From a virus, in the IMG/VR virus record IMGVR_UViG_3300025529_000004, positions 69,870-101,756 of that record: DNA of 31,887 nucleotides, one strand, 5' to 3'. Positions 27,102-31,887 of this stretch are shown one piece after another (position 1 is the first letter of the stretch; each line of letters opens with the position of its first letter). The notes below the pieces were generated by a model that was given only the letters and a program-made list of their open reading frames with translations, made no database searches and was not told the DNA's origin. The position numbers and the translations under genes were made by a program.

Positions 27102-28907
27102 ATGGAAGATAAACAAGATTTGTTAGGAACTTTAGATGTTTCTCCTCATAATAGTTTTTACGTCAAATATAAACTATATCAAAAAGATAATAAAGATATT
27201 TCGGCAACCATTCAGCCAAGTTTTGTTGATAATAGTGAAAAAGATTTTTCTATTATTGTTAGTAGAAATGAAGATAAGGATGTTTCATCAACTTTAGATG
27301 TAAAGTATAAGGCACACAGCGAAGTTGTGGCAACTCTCCAACCTGTAAGCAGTAAATTTGTTGATTCAACCATTAATGTGAATCCTCATAATTCAATGTA
27401 TGCTATTGTAGACATTCTACAACCACCACTGCTTACCAAAGAATTTACAATTACAAAAGATGCAACTACTAGAAATGGAATAGCATATCAAACTCTTAAT
27501 TATGGCACTGAACCAACAATGATGACAGGATATAAAAATGGAGAAGAGTTTGAATCATATATTTCATTTGATTTTCAATTGCCACAACAAATGTTAATTC
27601 AAAATGCCTCATTAAAATTTTATTTTGTAGGGAATTTCCCTAATGATTTAAACATTAAACTATATTCTGTTGATAGAGAATGGTCAGAATATGGATTAAC
27701 TTATAAAAATAAACCACAACGACTGGAACTTGTTTCTGAATCATATACCGTTAATTATTCGGATCGAAGTATTAATTTTGATTTAAAAAATGAAATAAAC
27801 GCTCTTTACTCAAATCAAAAAACAACAAAGGGCTATGTTTTAGTTGTAGAAGATAATAATTCTGATAAATATATCAGTTTTTATACGAAAGAAAGTTTGA
27901 CTCCACCAAAATTAATTATTGACTATTACGATACTCAGATATTTAGCGCGGGTAGAGCGCAAGTTAATTCAACTTTGTTTGTGTATGGTGGAGGCATAGA
28001 AGAAATCGGGGCTACATTGAATGTTTACAGCGATAGAGGAAATCACGATTTACCGTCTACTTTGTATATCCATAAATATGATGTTCCTGTGTCAAAAGAT
28101 TTATCAATGAGTATTACTGTGTCAAGGAATGAAGTAAATAGTAGCCTTACTGTTTCACACAGAGATAAAAATGAGGCAATGATGACTGTAACAGTTGCGG
28201 AGAAATTGATCAATGACTTAATTTCAACGTTAAATGTGACAAGAACTGAAGTTAATTCTACATTTTATGTTAAATATCAAGACACAATAGATGCTAGTAT
28301 TACTGTGCAAAAATATGAAACTCAAGATATAAAATCAACAATTGCTGTCAATCGGAATTCTATTGATTCAAGCATTTTTGTTAAAGAAAAAAGTTATTTA
28401 AACTCTTCTATTACTGTGCAGAAAAATGAAGGTTCAGATATTTTCTCAACAATTATGGTTACTAGAGAATGTATTCCGGCAGCCATAATTATCAAAGAGA
28501 GAAATTACTTGAATTCTACTATAACTGTACAAAGACATGAAGATTCAAGCGTTTTGTCAACGATTACTGTCATAAGAGAAAGTGTTCCTGCAACAATTAC
28601 AGTAAAAGATAGAAATGACATCAATGCCACAATGTTCATATATCAAAATGATAAATCAGAAATTACATCTATATTAGATGTTAAGCGTGATTACATAAAT
28701 GGAACAATAATGGTAAATACCCCAAGTGATGTTGATAGCACAATGATAATAAGTAAGCCAGAAATTAAGGCAGAAATAGCAATAAGAGTAGAAGATGAAA
28801 ACAATTTAAATACTGTCATAAACATTAGAGCAAAAAATGCAAATGATTTATATTCTACGTTATTAGTAAATAGAAAAATAAATGGGGCGTATTATTACAT
28901 TATCTAA
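27102..28907 (+). CDS. DNRLRE/CBM96-like domain protein with beta-strand repeats
   Basis: KDAT..NYG...SYISFD...IQNASLKFY...WSEYGLTY...SFYTKES..PPKLIIDY; many 11-13-aa S-x-I-x-V repeats. Confidence 0.65.
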   Translation: MEDKQDLLGTLDVSPHNSFYVKYKLYQKDNKDISATIQPSFVDNSEKDFSIIVSRNEDKDVSSTLDVKYKAHSEVVATLQPVSSKFVDSTINVNPHNSMYAIVDILQPPLLTKEFTITKDATTRNGIAYQTLNYGTEPTMMTGYKNGEEFESYISFDFQLPQQMLIQNASLKFYFVGNFPNDLNIKLYSVDREWSEYGLTYKNKPQRLELVSESYTVNYSDRSINFDLKNEINALYSNQKTTKGYVLVVEDNNSDKYISFYTKESLTPPKLIIDYYDTQIFSAGRAQVNSTLFVYGGGIEEIGATLNVYSDRGNHDLPSTLYIHKYDVPVSKDLSMSITVSRNEVNSSLTVSHRDKNEAMMTVTVAEKLINDLISTLNVTRTEVNSTFYVKYQDTIDASITVQKYETQDIKSTIAVNRNSIDSSIFVKEKSYLNSSITVQKNEGSDIFSTIMVTRECIPAAIIIKERNYLNSTITVQRHEDSSVLSTITVIRESVPATITVKDRNDINATMFIYQNDKSEITSILDVKRDYINGTIMVNTPSDVDSTMIISKPEIKAEIAIRVEDENNLNTVINIRAKNANDLYSTLLVNRKINGAYYYII

Positions 28908-28923
28908 AATGGAGGAGACAAAA

Positions 28924-29346
28924 ATGAGAATTTATAATTATGAAATTGAACTGTTTGGTAAATTTTTAATGGAGTTAGAACTAAGAGGAAAAGAATCAAG
29001 AATGAGAACAAGACTAGTTAGGTTGTTGGACGAACATGTAAGATTAATTAATCAAGAAAGATTCGAAATAATTGATACCTATGCAAAAAAAGATGATAAC
29101 GGTGAAATTGAGTTTCAAGAAGTAGACGGACAAAAAATGTTTAAGATCAAAGATATGGAGAACTACAAAAAAGAAATGGAAGAATTGATGAACGAGGTTT
29201 TTGTGATTGATGAAACCGAAGAAAGAAAAGAAATGTTGACTACAGTAGCTAATGCTGTATTAAACTGTGATATGTTGTTTAAAGGTGAAAAGGCACTTCA
29301 ATATGATAGATGGTGCGAAATTGTAGAACAAATTAGTTATGAATAA
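28924..29346 (+). CDS. DUF1617-like phage protein
   Basis: RBS GGAGGAG before ATG at 28924; L.LRGKESRMRTR motif. Confidence 0.55.
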   Translation: MRIYNYEIELFGKFLMELELRGKESRMRTRLVRLLDEHVRLINQERFEIIDTYAKKDDNGEIEFQEVDGQKMFKIKDMENYKKEMEELMNEVFVIDETEERKEMLTTVANAVLNCDMLFKGEKALQYDRWCEIVEQISYE

Positions 29347-29382
29347 AAACGAAATTAAAATAATAAAAGGATGTGTTTTAGT

Positions 29383-29550
29383 ATGAGTGAGCTTAAAGAA
29401 ATTTATGTACTGATTTTAAGAAAATATGATGGTGGAGAAGTTGTTGAAACCATTGCAAGTAGAGAAGAATTTTCTTCCTTCCAAATTGAAGCTTGGTTAA
29501 ATCATTATGATGCTGATTATGCAACTGTGGTCAAAGAATATCACAGATAA
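29383..29550 (+). CDS. Small hypothetical protein, 55 aa (not in ORF track)
   Basis: RBS AAAGGA; MSELKEIYVLILRKYDGGEVVETIASREEFSSFQIEAWLNHYDADYATVVKEYHR*; fills the gap between two genes. Confidence 0.65.
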   Translation: MSELKEIYVLILRKYDGGEVVETIASREEFSSFQIEAWLNHYDADYATVVKEYHR

Positions 29551-29607
29551 GAATAAATGAGAGCAACAAGGAGGAGAAAATTTATATGTCGTGGAGTGGT
29601 GGCTTTT

Positions 29608-30018
29608 ATGGAAATGGGAGACTTGCAAGAAAGAATTGGGAAAGTAGAAGAAAGGGTCATAAGCCTTGAAAAAAGGATGACTGACTCTGAACAGAGAGTG
29701 ATGAACTTGGAGATGAAGAATGAGTCATTGATTAAATTAACTGCTGTTTTGGAGAAACAGGTGGAGTTGAATGAAAAACAAAATGCTGAACTAATGAATC
29801 AATTAAACAAGTTTTCTGATACCTTGTCTGATGTTAATAAAAATTTGACCAAATTAAATGAAAATCAAGACCAATTAAGCAAAAGAGTTGGGGACATTGA
29901 AGAAACGCTTAATGACAATAAAATCGACATTCCAAATTTGATAACCAAAATTATCATAACTGCTATCTGCACTCTTGCAGTTGGATATATTACTATCCAA
30001 TTTGGAATTAAAAAATAA
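29608..30018 (+). CDS. XhlA-like coiled-coil membrane lysis protein
   Basis: RBS GGAGTGG before ATG at 29608; long coiled coil plus one C-terminal TM helix; precedes the holin and lysin. Confidence 0.6.
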   Translation: MEMGDLQERIGKVEERVISLEKRMTDSEQRVMNLEMKNESLIKLTAVLEKQVELNEKQNAELMNQLNKFSDTLSDVNKNLTKLNENQDQLSKRVGDIEETLNDNKIDIPNLITKIIITAICTLAVGYITIQFGIKK

Positions 30019-30038
30019 AATAAAGGGGTTGTTTAAGA

Positions 30039-30227
30039 ATGGTAAACAAAAAAGATTGGGTTGTATTATTAGCTGGTTTTTTGGGTGCTTTAAAACTTTT
30101 TCTTTCTTCTGCATTTGGGGTTGAAATTCCTCAAGATGCAATTGATTCGTTTGTAGATATGGTTTCCTTTGGTGCTGATTTGTATGCAACTTATGTAATT
30201 ACTAAAAAAGTTAAGAATCAAAAATAA
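30039..30227 (+). CDS. Holin
   Basis: 62 aa, hydrophobic helices, basic C-terminus, directly upstream of the endolysin. Confidence 0.65.
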   Translation: MVNKKDWVVLLAGFLGALKLFLSSAFGVEIPQDAIDSFVDMVSFGADLYATYVITKKVKNQK

Positions 30228-30262
30228 ATTAAAATAATACACAGAAAGGAGTAATAATTAAT

Positions 30263-31123
30263 ATGGGTAAGATTGTTGACCTGTCACATCATCAACCATC
30301 TAATAAAATAAATTGGTCTAAAGCAAGTAAAGAAATTGATTTAACAATTATTCGTGTTCAATACGGCTCAAAAACAGAAGATAGAGAGCATAAAAATCAT
30401 GTTGCCAACTGTAAGAAATACAACATTCCCTATGGTCATTATGCTTATGGATGTTTTGTGTCTGTTAATGATGCAATAAAAGAAGCAAATGATTTCCTTA
30501 ATCGTATCGATAAAGACGCTAAATTTCTTGCGCTAGACGTTGAAGATGATACGGTTAAGGCTTGTGGCACTCAAAATCTTGCAGCAGCTAGTCAAGCATT
30601 TATTGATACTTGTAAAAAAGCAGGTTATAAAGTAGGTTTTTATACTTCGCATGAACTTTATAATAAGTATGGTCTTAATAAGGTGAAAGCCGATTTCTTA
30701 TGGCTACCTAGGTATGGTAAGGATAATGGAACACCTGATTTAAAGCCTGATTACCCATGTGATCTTTGGCAATATAGCCAAAAATGTAAAGTATCATGGT
30801 ATGACGGTCTTGTTGATTTGAATTTGCTCAATGGTTCTAAACCACTGGAATGGTTTACGGGCAAACAGGTGCAAGTTGCAAATACAGCAGTAAATACACA
30901 AAATACTACGAAAAATGGAGGAATCAGAATGTATCAACCATCAAATTCTGAATTAATGAATGCCACTTTAAGAGTTTTGAGCCGATTATCTCAAAAAGAT
31001 CCAAACGGAATTAGCAAAGATTGGTACACTAAGGCTCAAAAAGGTGAAATTCCTTTAGATGATGTTGTTGGATTGCTTTATGTTGCTTTAGATCGTGAAT
31101 TGATTCAAGGATCAAATAAGTAA
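30263..31123 (+). CDS. Endolysin, GH25 muramidase
   Basis: IVDLSHHQ, GHYAY, LDVE, LWLPRYG, LWQYS, VDLN motifs. Confidence 0.92.
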   Translation: MGKIVDLSHHQPSNKINWSKASKEIDLTIIRVQYGSKTEDREHKNHVANCKKYNIPYGHYAYGCFVSVNDAIKEANDFLNRIDKDAKFLALDVEDDTVKACGTQNLAAASQAFIDTCKKAGYKVGFYTSHELYNKYGLNKVKADFLWLPRYGKDNGTPDLKPDYPCDLWQYSQKCKVSWYDGLVDLNLLNGSKPLEWFTGKQVQVANTAVNTQNTTKNGGIRMYQPSNSELMNATLRVLSRLSQKDPNGISKDWYTKAQKGEIPLDDVVGLLYVALDRELIQGSNK

Positions 31124-31138
31124 TTGTTACATACATAT

Positions 31139-31167
31139 AGCCCACTGGATTAACTTTCCGGTGGGCT
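31139..31167. terminator. Hairpin between convergent genes
   Basis: AGCCCACTGGA/TCCGGTGGGCT stem; weak U-tract. Confidence 0.6.
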
Positions 31168-31204
31168 TACAAAAGCTATAATTCTAATGCAATTTTCACT
31201 GAAA

Positions 31205-31375
31205 ATGTTACCCTAAAAAATTTAAGAAATCTTATTATATCAACGTTTTATCATCTCTCTGCTAACATCAAGATAATTTACTGATGTCACCCTAAAATAA
31301 TTAGGAAAACCAATAATATTAGGCTTTTCTCCTCCCTTCTGTCATTTTGAATTTTTGTTTTGTGTCACCCTAAAA
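31205..31375. repeat. Three direct repeats TGTYACCCTAAAA with 78-79 bp period
   Basis: Copies at 31206, 31285 and 31363; the first two extend to 33/45 identity. Confidence 0.85.
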
Positions 31376-31678
31376 TCAATATTTGATGAAATTTTTTCCA
31401 AATACAATTGGTTCATCGTCTTTTAGGTAAATTGTGAATAAGAGCTTGTCCTCCACTTCTATTCTTTCCACTTTGTTTTTGATTTCATCGTCAGTTAATT
31501 GAAAATCATATCGTTTGTTTATGGTGTTTTTTAGGAAATCCTCTTCTATTGGTATTCTTTTACATTCGCCATAATTATCATATCGTGAGCAAACATAAAC
31601 TCGTCTATTCCTATCTTTACGAGCTTTGAAATTCCCTCCACAGTGGAGACATTTTATCTTCTTGGAAAATAAAGGCAT
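31376..31678 (-). CDS. Stand-alone recombinase zinc beta-ribbon domain protein
   Basis: LFSKKIKCLHCGGNF...YVCSRY..YGEC..IPIEEDFL matches the zinc-ribbon domain of large serine recombinases; RBS GGGAGTG; no catalytic domain. Confidence 0.75.
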   Translation of the reverse strand: MPLFSKKIKCLHCGGNFKARKDRNRRVYVCSRYDNYGECKRIPIEEDFLKNTINKRYDFQLTDDEIKNKVERIEVEDKLLFTIYLKDDEPIVFGKNFIKY

Positions 31679-31702
31679 TAATAATCACTCCCTGATAAAT
31701 TG

Positions 31703-31711
31703 ATTATATCA
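31703..31711 (-). promoter_or_regulatory. Extended -10 promoter (TGnTATAAT) for the zinc-ribbon gene
   Basis: Minus strand reads TGATATAAT, ending 25 nt upstream of the ATG at 31678. Confidence 0.55.
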
Positions 31712-31714
31712 GAG

Positions 31715-31765
31715 AAACGTTGATACAATAAGGTTTTTATATGTATACAAGTTTTACATGACACC
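31715..31765 (-). other. Putative attachment junction (host 5' gene arm joined to phage arm)
   Basis: yyaL-like similarity stops after the CAT GTA codons (to 31755); followed by AAACTTGTATACATATAAAAACCTTATTGTATCAACGTTT. Confidence 0.7.
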
Positions 31766-31887
31766 AATGACATGTTGAATAGCCGATACTAACGAATACT
31801 GGCTTATTTTCAGATTTAGCCTTTTCAAATGCTTCATTTCCCCATGGATACCAATCTACAGGATTGTAGGCATGCTGCAATAGGTAA
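31737..31887 (-). pseudogene. yyaL: 5' fragment of thioredoxin-domain protein YyaL/SPATA20 (DUF255), interrupted by the prophage
   Basis: Minus strand [44 protein letters not shown] then KLVYI*; the family normally continues M..ESF. Confidence 0.88.

Larger units (their letters stand above)
1..31755. mobile_element. SPbeta-like prophage, morphogenesis-lysis half and one border
   Basis: Co-oriented neck, tail tube, recombinase, tape measure (SLT+M23), Dit, Tal, fibre, holin and endolysin genes in SPbeta yom-like order; ends at a truncated yyaL-like host gene near 31755. Extends beyond the left edge. Confidence 0.88.

Noticed and set aside
29362-29382. Third copy of the ATAAAA/TTTTAT palindrome
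   Set aside because: 7-bp spacer, mismatched arm, and it overlaps an RBS
2717-30189. Short antisense and alternate-frame ORFs in the track (e.g. 2717-2956, 4546-4833, 12422-12808, 21664-22080, 29875-30189)
   Set aside because: They overlap well-supported + strand genes and have no recognisable motifs
31205-31375. CRISPR array
   Set aside because: Only three copies, a 13-bp conserved core, similar inter-repeat sequences and no cas genes in the window

Overview
AT-rich Bacillota (Bacillaceae-like) DNA carrying the late half of an SPbeta-like temperate siphophage. On the + strand: head-completion/neck genes, tail tube and chaperone genes, an intact tyrosine recombinase (YomM-like position), a terminator-flanked membrane 'moron', a 2664-aa CwlP/YomI-type tape measure (SLT + M23), a distal-tail (Dit) gene split in two around a fibre gene, a Tal spike ending in a gp5/VgrG-like tip followed by a PAAR-like protein, a large accessory fibre/adhesin cluster and a lysis cassette (XhlA-like, holin, GH25 endolysin). 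The window ends at the prophage border. There, a stand-alone serine-recombinase-type zinc-ribbon gene (- strand) is surrounded by att-like direct and inverted repeats, next to the 5' fragment of a host yyaL/SPATA20-type gene broken directly after its CHWCHV motif (likely att junction). All family assignments come from motif recognition and recalled gene order, not database searches.
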